A stretch of DNA of 64,000 nucleotides, taken from contig NC_081365.1 in assembly GCF_030684315.1 (NCBI RefSeq), positions 72,781,603 through 72,845,602 of the forward strand, read 5' to 3'. This document shows, piece by piece, positions 13,774 through 24,958 of the stretch. This DNA is from Stegostoma tigrinum. Taxonomy: Eukaryota. The notes beneath the pieces were generated by a model, which had not been told where the DNA came from, did no database searches, and was given only the letters and a program-made list of their open reading frames with translations. Position 1 is the stretch's first letter. Every line of letters starts with the position of its first letter. Position numbers and translations under genes: made by a program.

Positions 13774-14356
13774 CTGAACAATTAGACAATATTAGCTTCT
13801 TACCCCAGCCCCCACCAAAAAAAAGAGCAAATTACATATAAAGCAAACCTAAGTACGCTCTTCATAATCTATAACCTTGAAGTATTGAGAACAAGTCTGG
13901 GTCAACATCACTAACAACTAACCTAAGAAGTTCATTGCAAACAGGTTTCTAGAAATATGAGTGCATGTACTGCTTTGTATGTAGCCTTAAGATAATGCTT
14001 TTAAATAATAATGTGATCAATTGCCAGGTATGTTCTTGTCTCTAGCTTTTGGAACTGGTTATTAAAATGGATTAGAATCATCTTAACAAAGATGCACAGG
14101 AAATAAGAATTAGAGGACAGAAACTACAGGATAGAATGAGAACTGCAGGTAAAATGGAACAAGACCTTCAAATTCAAAAATTAGCCTACAGTTAATAAGA
14201 ATTGGAACTAACTCTTCAGTAGATAATGTTTCCACCATTTCCAAAGTAATCCCGTACATATTATTTTAATTACAACCATGTAGAAACCAGATCCTGTTTT
14301 TCATCAATCAATCAATAAAGCTAGAGTCCAAAGCTTCCAAAAAATTATAAACTTAC

Positions 14357-14483
14357 CAATACAATACTATCATTTAAAAGTACCGATACTGACTCCCAAA
14401 TCTTCCAAGCCCTCTCATTCACATTTTCTCCCACTTTAAGGCTTTGGCACAGTAAGACAAAGTCTGTGTCTTTGTGATCAGGT
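14357..14483 (-). CDS. RB1: RB1 coding exon 2 (127 nt)
   Basis: (R)PDHKDTDFVLLCQSLKVGENVNERAWKIWESVSVLLNDSIVL vs human [30 protein letters not shown]; acceptor tttttag, donor gtaagt; phases 2/0. Confidence 0.95.
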
Positions 14484-14745
14484 CTAAAAAGAAAAAGACA
14501 ATGTGAAAAACAAATACGAAATCACATTACAAAGACGAGTCCTTAATTTCTGTGGCACTCAGCTACTCAGTAACAATTATTTTTATGAATTAAAACTTCA
14601 GGTTCTATGCTCCAGCATAATAAATGGTGCCAATGGTAAATGAATTACAAAACAATGGATCATTCTTAATTGTAAATTTTTATTTTGTACTCAGCGTGGG
14701 CATTACCGCCGAGGCGAGCATTTACTGCCCGTCCCTAATTGACCC

Positions 14746-16028
14746 GAAAATAAGGCACCGTTTGAAGGTCCAGTGAGAAACTTTAATCTGGGACCATGGT
14801 TGTTTGATTGATGCCTCGCATGCTCAGCAGCAGCAAAATCTGTAGATATCTTTGACTTCTTGGTGAATGTCTGTGAACTGCAAACTGCAGAAGCAGCCAA
14901 TGTCTTCCAAAAGGCTGGGAGAAACCAGGGGAAGGACTTCCAGTGGGTCTGGAGTCACATGTAGTAATGATGTAAATTTGGTTTGAAAGGGGTGCACAAG
15001 GACCTTAGGGACTGAAGGAGTTCAAAGCATTAAATGCAATAAATTGACCTGCTTAATCATATTCACAGACTTAATGATCATCACTGTAATTGCCAAATGA
15101 ATGGTAACTGCCAAAGCCACTGTGCTACCACTGAAGATATAATAAAGCTAACATACGAAATTACATGTAAAGGAAGTCACTGAATTTGAAATATCTGAGA
15201 TCACGACAATTCTACCAAGCAAACGAATCTGATGAACAAAGACAAATTCAACAATTACAGGATGGAGTATTTAACCCTGCAGTGGAAAAACTTTCAGAAA
15301 CAATAATCCAAGACAAAATTAAGTTATTTGAACATACATGAATAACAGAAATCAAGTGTTTTCCAAAGACAAAAAGAGTTTTTACTACTTTTTAAAAAAT
15401 TAGTAACAGGTTTTTCATAAGGGTAATATGATTCACGTGGTCCATATGGACTTTCAAAAAGTGTGCACCAGCAAAACTGAAGCATGTGAATAAAAAGGAC
15501 AGTGCCAGCATGATTTTAAAGTTGGTTCAGTGACAGGAAACCGTGCAATGGTTATGAAGTTGATACGAACAGAAAATGCTATAAACACTCAGCAGGTCAG
15601 GCAGCATCTAGAATTAAAAAGAGAGTTAACGTAAGGTTGATGACCTTTCATCAGTGCCTTTCTGGAAGTTCTATATAGTGGAACAAAAGACTCACCCTTA
15701 CAGCGTCCAATCTGAGAGAAAGATAAAGCCAGCTGCAGAAATAAGCAAATGCAGCATATTTCAAGCAACAGCTTTTGGGCAAAGTAGAAAGGAATAATGG
15801 GTTTCTAAGAATAGAACTGGAAGCGCTCTCTCTCTCGCCCTTCCCGTGGTTTCTACCAGCCTTTTGGAAGACATTGTCTGTGAACTGCAAATTGCAGAAG
15901 CAGCCATTAACCAAGAAGTCAAAGATATCTACAAATTTTGCTGCTGCTGAGCATTCAAGGCATCAATTAAACAACCATGGTCCCAGATTAAAATTTCTCT
16001 TTGGACCTTCAAACGATACATCATTTTC
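14746..16028. repeat. Inverted duplication: 190-bp arms at 14746-14935 and 15839-16028, with a nested 30-bp micro-inversion
   Basis: Direct comparison of the arms; see findings. Confidence 0.92.
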
Positions 16029-16031
16029 TTG

Positions 16032-17077
16032 GATAACAAGGTGTAGAGCTGGATGAACACAGCAGGCCAAGCAGCATCACAGGAGCAGGAGAGCTGACAT
16101 TTTGGGCCTAGACCCTTCTTCAGAAATGGGGGAGGGGAAGGGGGCTGTGCAATAAATAGGGAGAGAGGAGGAGGTGGCTAGAAGATGGATACAGGAGAAC
16201 ATAGGTGGAGAGGAGACCGACAGGTCAAAGAGGTGGGGATGGAGCCTGTAAAGGGGAGCATAGGTAGGGAGGAGATAGGTCAGACCAAGGAGCACGGACA
16301 GACAGGTCAGGGGGTGGCGGGATAAAGTTATGAGGTAGGAGATGGGGGTGGGGCTTGAGGTGGGAGGAGGGGATATGTGGGAGGAAAGACAGGTTAGGGA
16401 GGTGGGTACAAGTTGGGCTGGTTTTGAGATGTGGTATGGGGAAGGGAGATTTTGGAGCTTGTGAAGTCCATATTGATACCATTGGGCTGCAGGGTTCCCA
16501 AGCAGAATATGAGTTGCTGTTCCTGCAACTTTCAGATAGCATCGTTGTGACACTGCAGGAGGCCCAGGGTGGACATGTCATCTATGGAATGGGACAGGGA
16601 GTTGAAAATGGTTCATGACTGGGAGGTGCAGTTGCTTAGTGTGAACCGAGCATAGGTGTGCTGCAAAGCGGTCCCCAAGCCTCCGCGTGGTTTCTTCAAA
16701 ATCTCTCCGCCGTCCTCCCCACGCTCCACCACCACCACCACATCTCAAAACCAGCCTGTCCTTCCTCCCACCTCAAGCCCCACCTCCATCTCCTCCCAAC
16801 TAACATACACTTTTACTGGCACCATCCCCACCTCTTTGACTGGTCTGTCTCCTCTCCACCTATCTTCTCCTCTATACATTTTCTATCTACCTCCCCTTCT
16901 CTTCCTATTTATTTCAGAACCCTCTTCCCACCACCCCCCACCCAATTTCTGAAGAGGGGTCTAGGCCCGAAACATCAACCTTCCTGCTCCTATGATGCTG
17001 CATGGCCTGCTATGTTCATCCCGCTCTACACCTGGTTATCTCAGATTCTCCAGCATCTGTAGTTCCTACTATCTGAA
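16032..17077. mobile_element. Penelope-like element insertion made of two inverted 3' fragments, with 14-bp TSD
   Basis: About 16032-16692 minus and 16693-17077 plus; TSD acatcattttcttg (16018-16031) / acattattttcttg (17078-17091); hammerhead-like core near each end. Confidence 0.85.
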
Positions 17078-18060
17078 ACATTATTTTCTTGTCTGTACTT
17101 GGCACTTGTCCCCTTTTAAAATGTAAAATCTGTAAGAATACAATGTGTTTTATTGATTTTTCGTCAGACTTAGCAAGTTGCAAAATTCCTTTTTCTTTCA
17201 CTCACTCAAGAAAACCTTGGAATTAGCTCCTTAATGCTGAACTACCAAACTATGTTTTAAGTGTGAAAGAGTAGTGTGCTAAAACAGAAAGGGAGCCAGT
17301 TCAGCCTTTCTCACCTCGTCAACATTTTATCACACTGCTGTTGAAGGGAGTTGCCTGTGAGGAATTGACTGTCAGAAACCCTTCACTATCTTACGGTTCA
17401 AAAGAAATTCATCAGGGTATTGCGCTGTCGAGAAAGGCTCTGTATAAATCGAAGTCCTCTTTCCCCTAAAGTAAATTGTGAATTAAAAGGCTGTTGCCAA
17501 GGAATGATGCATTATACTATATTCCAGCTACTACCGATTACCCTATATTTGAAGGGTCGTCTGCTAGCTTCTCTGGGTAATGACTATCGTCAAAAACACT
17601 ACATGTGATAAATACGGTGTTTTGGAAGATTACCCTAATGCTACCTACGGAGGATTATGCCCTTTTTTAACTGCCACAACAGTAGAAATTGGACATTTAG
17701 CACAGAGTCGGTCTCACAGAATTAGCACTGAGTCAGCAGTGGGGTTCTGCACCAGGTTACTGCGGTGCTGCGATCCGACTTAAAAGTTCCCGGGGATTTT
17801 GCACAATGAAGGAAAAGGCTAGTAGCCAGGTAAAGGGCCACAAAACTGAAGCACAGGGCAACGACAAGTGCAGCGAAAAAGAGAGACAGAAAGATGTCGC
17901 GTGGGGGCGGGGATTAGCTGCTCTCGAGAGCCACTTTACAGGTAACCACCCAAGTATTCCCCACACCTCTTGCACCCTCCCAGTGCCCAGGCCGCGGCTG
18001 GCTGAGGTGGGAGCTCGGCCGACGAAAGCAACAGCTGCTGCCCTGTTACCCCGTCCTTAC

Positions 18061-18125
18061 CTGGCCGGAGAGATGCTCTCCTCGGAGCCACCAGCGGCCG
18101 TTCTCCTCAGCGACTTGGGGGGCAT
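18061..18125 (-). CDS. RB1: RB1 coding exon 1 (65 nt)
   Basis: MPPKSLRRTAAGGSEESISPA(R) vs human MPPKTPRKTAA; donor gtaagg; phase 2 joins exon 2. Confidence 0.92.
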
Positions 18126-18255
18126 GATGTGTGGACAATGGTGGGTGGGGCTCGGCGGCGGCAACCGTTCAGCTCGCGCTCGAGGCCACCGCTTTCGAAT
18201 GTTTAAAAGGGTGCAAGATTCTAAACCGAATAGACGCCACCACAGCCCAGAGACC

Positions 18256-18295
18256 GCGCCAAACTCACGCCGCTTCCGACTTGTGCGTCACTTCC
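18256..18295 (-). promoter_or_regulatory. RB1: RB1 core promoter module: ETS/ATF composite, second ETS site, E2F site
   Basis: Minus strand GGAAGTGACG (18295-18286), CGGAAG (18278-18273), TTTGGCGC (18263-18256). Confidence 0.8.
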
Positions 18296-18609
18296 TTAGC
18301 AGCGCCGCCAGCCCAGCCACAATGAGTCTGATTCTGGCAGCGGTGAGTCACGTCTTCGCTACATCCATAGTAAACGGTCTAGCTCCGTTATACTTCCAAA
18401 TGCTCACCGTTCTAATCCCCAGGCGATGGCGTTTACTCCGTTCGACAAAGACGATTTGGAAAAAGGAAACGAAAGAATACGGATGCTGTAAATCAGGAAC
18501 AAAAAAAACAGAAGTTTCTGGAAAAGTTCAGCAGGTCTTGGAGTTGAAAAAGATATTCAGATGATTTTGAGAATTCTCGAGGCTGAGCGGTTTGAAACGG
18601 TCAACCCTT

Positions 18610-19587
18610 TGTTAGGAAGCAGAGGTCGAACCCCTCTTATTTAAAATCGAAACACAAGCCTGCAAATCTGTTAAGGCAGGAGTCGAGGTTCCTTTCGAAT
18701 AATTAAACTGGAAACATTCCGAGAAGCTCGCCTCACCTCACCTAAAAGGGAGTAAACTTAGAGAAGGGGCAGCTAAATGAAAGAAAAACCATGATATTTG
18801 TTTTATAAGTAATAATTTATTTACTTAACCCTAACAGTGAACAAACTAACAGAATTACAACCAAACTGCACAATTCCCCTTCACTACTATTCCCTAACTG
18901 AACTGAATTCTACTGCTATGCTGTTCCAAAAATCACAAGTCCCACTTATATAAACCCAAGTAATAAGAAAATAATTTAAAATTTACTCTGTCAAAGTCTA
19001 AGTATCTTTCTTCTGTCGTTCTCCAGTCGTAAATGTCTTTCTTCCGCTGATCTGGCTGTCAGGGATGTTTTTCTGTGAGAGCTCTTAGTTGGAAATGCTG
19101 TAGTACCTTTTTTATGGATAAATGGTGCTTACGTTGAGAACTTAGTGATTTCTTGTGAGAGCTAAACGCTTATTTCTCAAATGGCAGTTCACTCACTTTT
19201 TTAAATATCCTTTTCTTATATACCTTTTGTTGAAGTATCAATTTTTCTTCAAATAGCATTGGTCTCAGATTGTCCAAACCATCAGATTTAAATTCAACTT
19301 TCTTTCAATCGCTAAGTGCTTGGTTTAAATTAGTTAACTGATTCCAGCTATTTGCCAAAACATCAAAACCAGTCTAAGGTTTCCAATCACACAGCCAATA
19401 GATATGTTTCAATTTCAGAACTGTCTGCACCATCTTCAGCTACTGACATGTTCTGTATAAATCTCAAAGCTTAGAAAAGCACTTTACCTCTTAAAAGGAG
19501 CCACATACTCCTTTCCCCATCATTTTTACAAACAAATTCTAGCTTCCTGTCTTTTGATTCATGATTACTCTACACAACTTCATAACA
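18610..19587 (-). mobile_element. Solo-LTR-like element
   Basis: TGTTA...TAACA termini; minus-strand CCAAT (19262-19258), TATATAAG (19222-19215), AATAAA (18821-18816); homologous to 24959-25711; no clear TSD. Confidence 0.6.
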
Positions 19588-19589
19588 TC

Positions 19590-20040
19590 CTACTGATGAA
19601 GAGTCATCTAGACTCAAAACGTTAGCTTATGCTGTCTGACCCACTGTGATCTCTAGCATTTATTGTTTTCAGTACAGGTTCCAGCATCTGCAGTAATTTG
19701 TCTCAACTGATTCATGTCAATTTCATTAAAGTCTTTCCAAGTGATGGTGAGGATTCTCTAAGACCAGTTCTCACTTTCCAGCTCACCAGCCTCCACACCC
19801 AAAGTACCATAAGCTGCCATTTTTACCACCTCCAGAAGCATAGTCCCATCCTCTGTTCTCCCTAGCCAGCATTCTGCAGGAACTATTCACTCCAGGCCAC
19901 CCTGGTCCACTCCCATTACCCCCATGACAGCTTCCGATGCAATTGTGGAAGGTGCAACACTTACCTGTTTCACCCTTCATTATCTCAGACCCTGGACACA
20001 CCTTTTCAGGTAAAGTGGCAATTTACCTGCACCTCATTCA
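19590..20040 (+). mobile_element. Hammerhead-like mini-element (19593-19700) followed by a decayed Penelope fragment
   Basis: ctgatga-a-gagtc-atcta-gactc-aaaacgtt; 19850-20040 resembles 22540-22710. Confidence 0.6.
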
Positions 20041-20598
20041 TGGGAACAGCAGTAGGCCATTCAGCCCCTTAACCTTGTTCCACCGTTCACTGAGATCATA
20101 GAATAGAATAGCCTTTATTGTCACATGCACTTAAATGAGCGCAGTGAAAAATTTGTAATGGTGCCTGTTGATGCCATCTTAGGTACAGGGTAACCAAGTA
20201 CAGATACTTGTCATAGAACTGAAATAGTAGAAACAAAAACTAGGATTGTAATAGAGTTTTAAACTCTGGAGTGAGAATAAAAAGTGTCTTTAAAGTACTC
20301 AAGTTATAGTCCTTTTCTACCAAGTCTGCACCTACCAGGTTACAGAACACACCTCCACTCTGTCCTTTTCTCGGATACGTACCCTGAGCCAGCCATGGCT
20401 GATCTGTGGCCTAATTCCATATTCCTTTGCTTAACCAAAAAAATTACTGTTTCAGATTTAAAATTAATTGATCAAGCATCCACTGCTGTTTGTGCAAGAT
20501 CATTCCAAACAATTACCACCCTTTGTGTATAGAAGTGCTCCTTAACATCTCTTACGAATGATTTGGCCCAAATCCTCAGACCATGACCCCTAGTTCTG
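20040..20598 (-). mobile_element. CR1 3' tail interrupted by another LINE 3' end (about 20100-20392)
   Basis: CR1 gagatcat|ggctgatctg is split; the insert ends on the minus strand in aataaaggctattctattc and resembles 53700-53880. Confidence 0.6.
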
Positions 20599-20700
20599 GT
20601 GTGTGTGTGTGGGGGGGGGGGGGTGTGGGGTGGTTGTGGGGGGGTGGTGGTGTTGGGGGAGGTGGTGGTTGTGGGGGGTGGTGGGTGGCGGTCCGGTGGG
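20599..20700 (+). repeat. (GT)n plus G-run low-complexity tract
   Basis: gtgtgtgtgtgt, a G13 run and repeated ggggtggt units. Confidence 0.9.
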
Positions 20701-20756
20701 CGCTCGGCAGTAGGGAGCTAAATTAGTGGGGTTGGGTGTCAATAAAGCACTTCAAG

Positions 20757-21010
20757 TAGGCCTGAAACGTCTGCTTTTGTGCTCCTGAGATGCTGCTCGG
20801 CCTGCTGTGTTCATCCAGCTTCACACTTTATTATCTTGGATTCTCCAGCATCTGCAATTCCCATTGTCTCTGATCACAAGCTTTCCCACCGAGGGTCTGT
20901 TTTAGTTTTTTTTCTTTAAAATGAAGGGTCTAGGCCCGAAACGTCAGCTTTTGTGGTCCTGAGTTGCTGCTGGGCCTGCTGTGTTCATCCAGCTCCACAC
21001 TTCGATATCA
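20757..21010 (+). mobile_element. Two head-to-tail copies of the Penelope-derived mini-element
   Basis: About 20757-20875 and 20921-21010 both read ...ggcc(t/c)gaaacgtc..cttttgtg.tcctgag.tgctgct.ggcctgctgtgttcatccagct. Confidence 0.8.
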
Positions 21011-21911
21011 ACCACTACCAGTTTCATCATCTCATTTAGCCAATTAGTTATTTACATGCAGAATTTGTTACTAGTGAGGGAGAGTAGGAAGTGACTAAAT
21101 CAACATGGAGTTGAAGAGGGAGATAAAGCACTATATCCCCCACTGTGCCTACCTCTCTCAAGACACTGAGCGCATTGATGGAAGCTGCATGCTCCCTCTC
21201 CCTGGGTCTGCTTTTTCAAACGTGATCCATTGGGTCACGGCCGTGACCTGGGTATGCTTTATTTTCTGTTGTTTTCTAAGCAACCTGTTCAAGTACAGCA
21301 AGTAGGACTTGAACCCATCTCCTGCCTCATACTATCATTGTATTATTGGCATTCAGCTGAATGCATATTTATTCTACAGCATTTCTTTTGCATTTGAATT
21401 GCTAATATCATTTTCTTTCACTGAAGAGAGTTCTGTTATCCAGCATTGATCTTTTACATTAAAAAAATCCTTTTTAATGCCTTGCAACATTGTTTTTTTG
21501 TTTTGGTTTCTTTACTTCCTTCAGCACACACTCAAGATCTAGTAAGCAGTTCCTCAGATACTCCCTCACCCTAGCACACACTGCTGTCCTCCTCCTCCTC
21601 CTCCTCATAATATGCTACCATTACTGTGTGTCTGGAAAATCAATAAAAAGGACATGCTAGCCTTGCTCCCCTGCCCACCAGGTTGCCAAACCTCCACAGT
21701 ACCACATCTATCTCTGATTATTCTAGAACAGGGTCAACTCCTTTTACATTGAGAATATAAGCACACAATTTTCCTTGACATTCACTGACCATCACCATTC
21801 ACTGTTCTGCCCATGACTGCTGGGATGGAGATGAGAGCAAATCCCACATGGTATCAGGTTGGATTTATTTTTGTATTTATAACCAGAAGTTCCATTCACA
21901 TGTGTGACTTT

Positions 21912-23299
21912 CCCCACCACCAAATCCTGTTTGTAGGATACATGGAACAGTCCCTCTTCCACAGCTACACTGGCACTATCCCCCTCTGCTAAATTGATGA
22001 TGATCAGTGCTACCTCATGCTTCCACTAGGAGCTTGAACAGTTCATCAACTTTACTAATAACTTTCATCCCAACCTCAAGCTCATCTGAACTCTCTGATA
22101 CCTCTCTCTCCTTCTTTGATCTCACTGTCTCCATCTCTGATGACCGTCTTGAAACGGACATCCATTTCAAGCCCACTGACTCCCACAGCTACCTAGATTA
22201 CACCTCCTCTCACCCACCTTCCTGCAAGAACGAGATCTCCTACTCCCAATTCCTCCACCTCTGTCTTGTCTACTCCCACGATGGGGCATTCTAGTCCTGA
22301 ACATCCCAGATGTCCTCTCAATTCAAAGACTGCAGCTTACCTCCTTTGGTCAGATATGGTCTCAACTGCATTTCCAACACCTTGCCCTCACATCCCCTCC
22401 CTGAAACAAAAACAGAGACAGACAAAAAACAGAACTCCGCCCTTGTCCTCACATATCACCACACTAACCTCTGGATTCAACATATTCTCTGCCACCTGCA
22501 ATCTGACCCCACAAACAAAGATATCTTTCCCCTTCCCACCTCTGCCTTCTGTAGGGACCTCTCTCTGCAACTCCCTCATCCCCTACCACTCTGGCACCTT
22601 TCCCTGCAACTGCAGAAAGTGCTACACCTGCCTCTACACCACCTCCCTCGCCTCCATCCAAGGCACCAAACAAAACTTTCATATCAGATAGAGGTGCACC
22701 TGCATATCCATCAATGGTCTGTTGTATCCATTGCTCCCGATCAGGCAGCCTCTATATTGGAGAGACCAAGCGGAGGCCCGGAGACCACTTTGTGGAGCAC
22801 CTTTGCTCTGTTTGCGCTAAACAACACCTTCCAGTCGCGAACCATTTCAACACCCCCTCCCACTCCCTGGGCAACATGTCCATCCTTGGCCCTTCTCCAG
22901 TCTCACAATGATGCCCCCTAGAAACAGAAGGAGCAGCACTTCATATCTGCCTTGGGAGCCTCCAAACCAATGGTCTCAAAGTGGACTTTATCCATTTCAA
23001 TATCTCCCCACTCCCAGCTTCATCCCATGACCAACTCTCCCTCTCATCCCCATCTCCTTGACCTCAGGCAACCTGTCCATCTTCTCTCCTGTGTCTTTGA
23101 CCAATCCCCACCACTGCCTACGTGCACTCACCTATTACCATCCCACCTACCTTCCCCAGTCCCACCCCTCTACTTATTTTGGAGCTCCCTTCCCCCTCCC
23201 CATTTCTGAAGAAGAGTCCTGACCCAAAACATCAACTTTCCTGCTCCTCTGCTGCTGCCTGGCCTGCTGTACTCCACCAGCTCCACACTTTGTTATCGT
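21912..23299 (+). mobile_element. Penelope-like element, 5'-truncated and decayed (RT thumb + GIY-YIG endonuclease + 3' repeat)
   Basis: Decayed YIDD (taa att gat gat near 21990), FFDLTVSISDDRLETDIHFKPTDSHSYLDYTSSHP, CIHCSRSGSLYIGETKRR..D.FVEHL; 9-bp TSD tgtgacttt at 21903-21911 and 23300-23308. Confidence 0.9.
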
Positions 23300-24958
23300 T
23301 GTGACTTTTAGTTTTATTTAAAAGAAACTAATGACCAACAATCATCAGCCAGTTATATTGATAAGCAAAGCCCATTAAGCAGAATGCAAATATCATAAAT
23401 GGAGAGGGTTGCAGGGGCTAAGGAAGAATAGGAAGGCACTAAGTCAAAGTGGAGTTGGAATGGGGCAAGTCTACATATTTTTTAAAAAGTTGAACTATTT
23501 TTCAAATCATCTTTTTCAGAGATGTTATACAGCTCTGTAGCAGCTGACATTTTAACCCAGGCCTCCTCTTCCAAAGGTAGTCCAGATGGGCAGGCTATTC
23601 CTGTTTCAAGGGAACTTTCACTCAACAATACCAGACGAGAGATTAATTAGTGATTTCACATGGACCCTAAAGATGTTATCACATGCAAGAAAGAGAGAAT
23701 TCCTTGTGGCTTAATATTAGTGAAAGAGAAACATTCCAGAAGCACAAGGATACGGAACAGCAGTTAAATAATGCATGGTTTTAAAAAAAAACTGTCCTAG
23801 CAGTTTAAAGGAGCTCCAGAAGAGACAGTGAAGAAAATATCAACTCAAAGCAGAATTTGCCAAAGTACAGCCATGCCAACTGACCAAGAAATGTTAAAAT
23901 GAAAGTTCTGTGTAAAACAGGATTCTTTCTATCCCTGGTATCCAATAGACTCTGACATTGGAAGTACATTGGCAGTTTATGTTTAATAACTGACTGTGTT
24001 AAACAAATTACAAAAATACCACCTACGGTCTATCAAAAACTGCCATTCAGTAACAGTGGACAATTCAGATTCCAATCAGCTGTGATCATCACAGGTAGCA
24101 AAATACATTTTCCCATGGATTCACTGGTGTTATAGTCACTATTTAAACCGTAACATATTTGGTTGATACTGCTTTAATTAGAAACTCATTGATAATATGT
24201 GGAATCACAACATTGCTATGTTAATATAAATGGGTACAAAGTATCCAAATATTATTGAAAGTTAAATTTTGAAGCACATCCAAAGTAATCAGAACGTGAA
24301 TCAAAAGCAGCTAGTCAACACCTAATGAAAAAAATTTAAGCTACAAAGAAAACCTAATACAACAGGGAGGGGAAAAAAAGCAGATCCCACAGGAAAAAAA
24401 ATTCAATTTGACTAAAATATTTCAGTGGAAAGTGGAAAGATACTTGCCGAGGTCCTCAAAATGCTATTCACCGGGAATTAGGTGGTTTGCAGTGCAAGTG
24501 ATGCCCTGCCTCTGAACCAGAAGATCAAGTCCCTTCAAGTCAAAGAGAAAGTGCATGAAGGTTGCTGTTGTTTCACAAACACAGCATCAGCCAATGGCCA
24601 GAAAACTGAGGCATGGGTCAAGCTTTTAGCGTGAACAGATGTGTGCACAAAATGGTCATCATATTTGCATTAAGTGTCCCCCATGTAGAGGAGACCATAT
24701 TGAGAACTGCAATTACAACTGAAGTGCAAATAAATCATTCCTTCACTTGGAAGGATTGTTTGAGGCCTGGGCAGCCATTTGGTGAGAGAGGTGGTGTTCA
24801 TCCCCTGTTCATATAGGAACATTGACCAAGGAAAGGCAGAGGTTTTGGGTGACTGAGGAGTGAACTCAGGTTTTGTGTCCTAATTGCTGCAAAGTTGGGT
24901 AGAGTATTTGTGGATGGAAGACAGGACATTAGAATTTGATGTTTATAAAATGATAGGG

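Larger units (their letters stand above)
17890..18480. promoter_or_regulatory. RB1: CpG-rich RB1 promoter/exon 1 region
   Basis: Visible CpG and GC enrichment around the RB1 start codon in otherwise CpG-poor DNA. Confidence 0.8.

Noticed and set aside
2782-14356. Equivalent of the imprinted retrocopy-derived CpG island in human RB1 intron 2
   Set aside because: No CpG island or retrocopy-like ORF visible in this intron
17806-18564. 252-aa plus-strand ORF across the RB1 promoter
   Set aside because: Antisense to RB1 exon 1 in GC-rich DNA, ends in a repeat, no recognisable domain; likely a chance ORF
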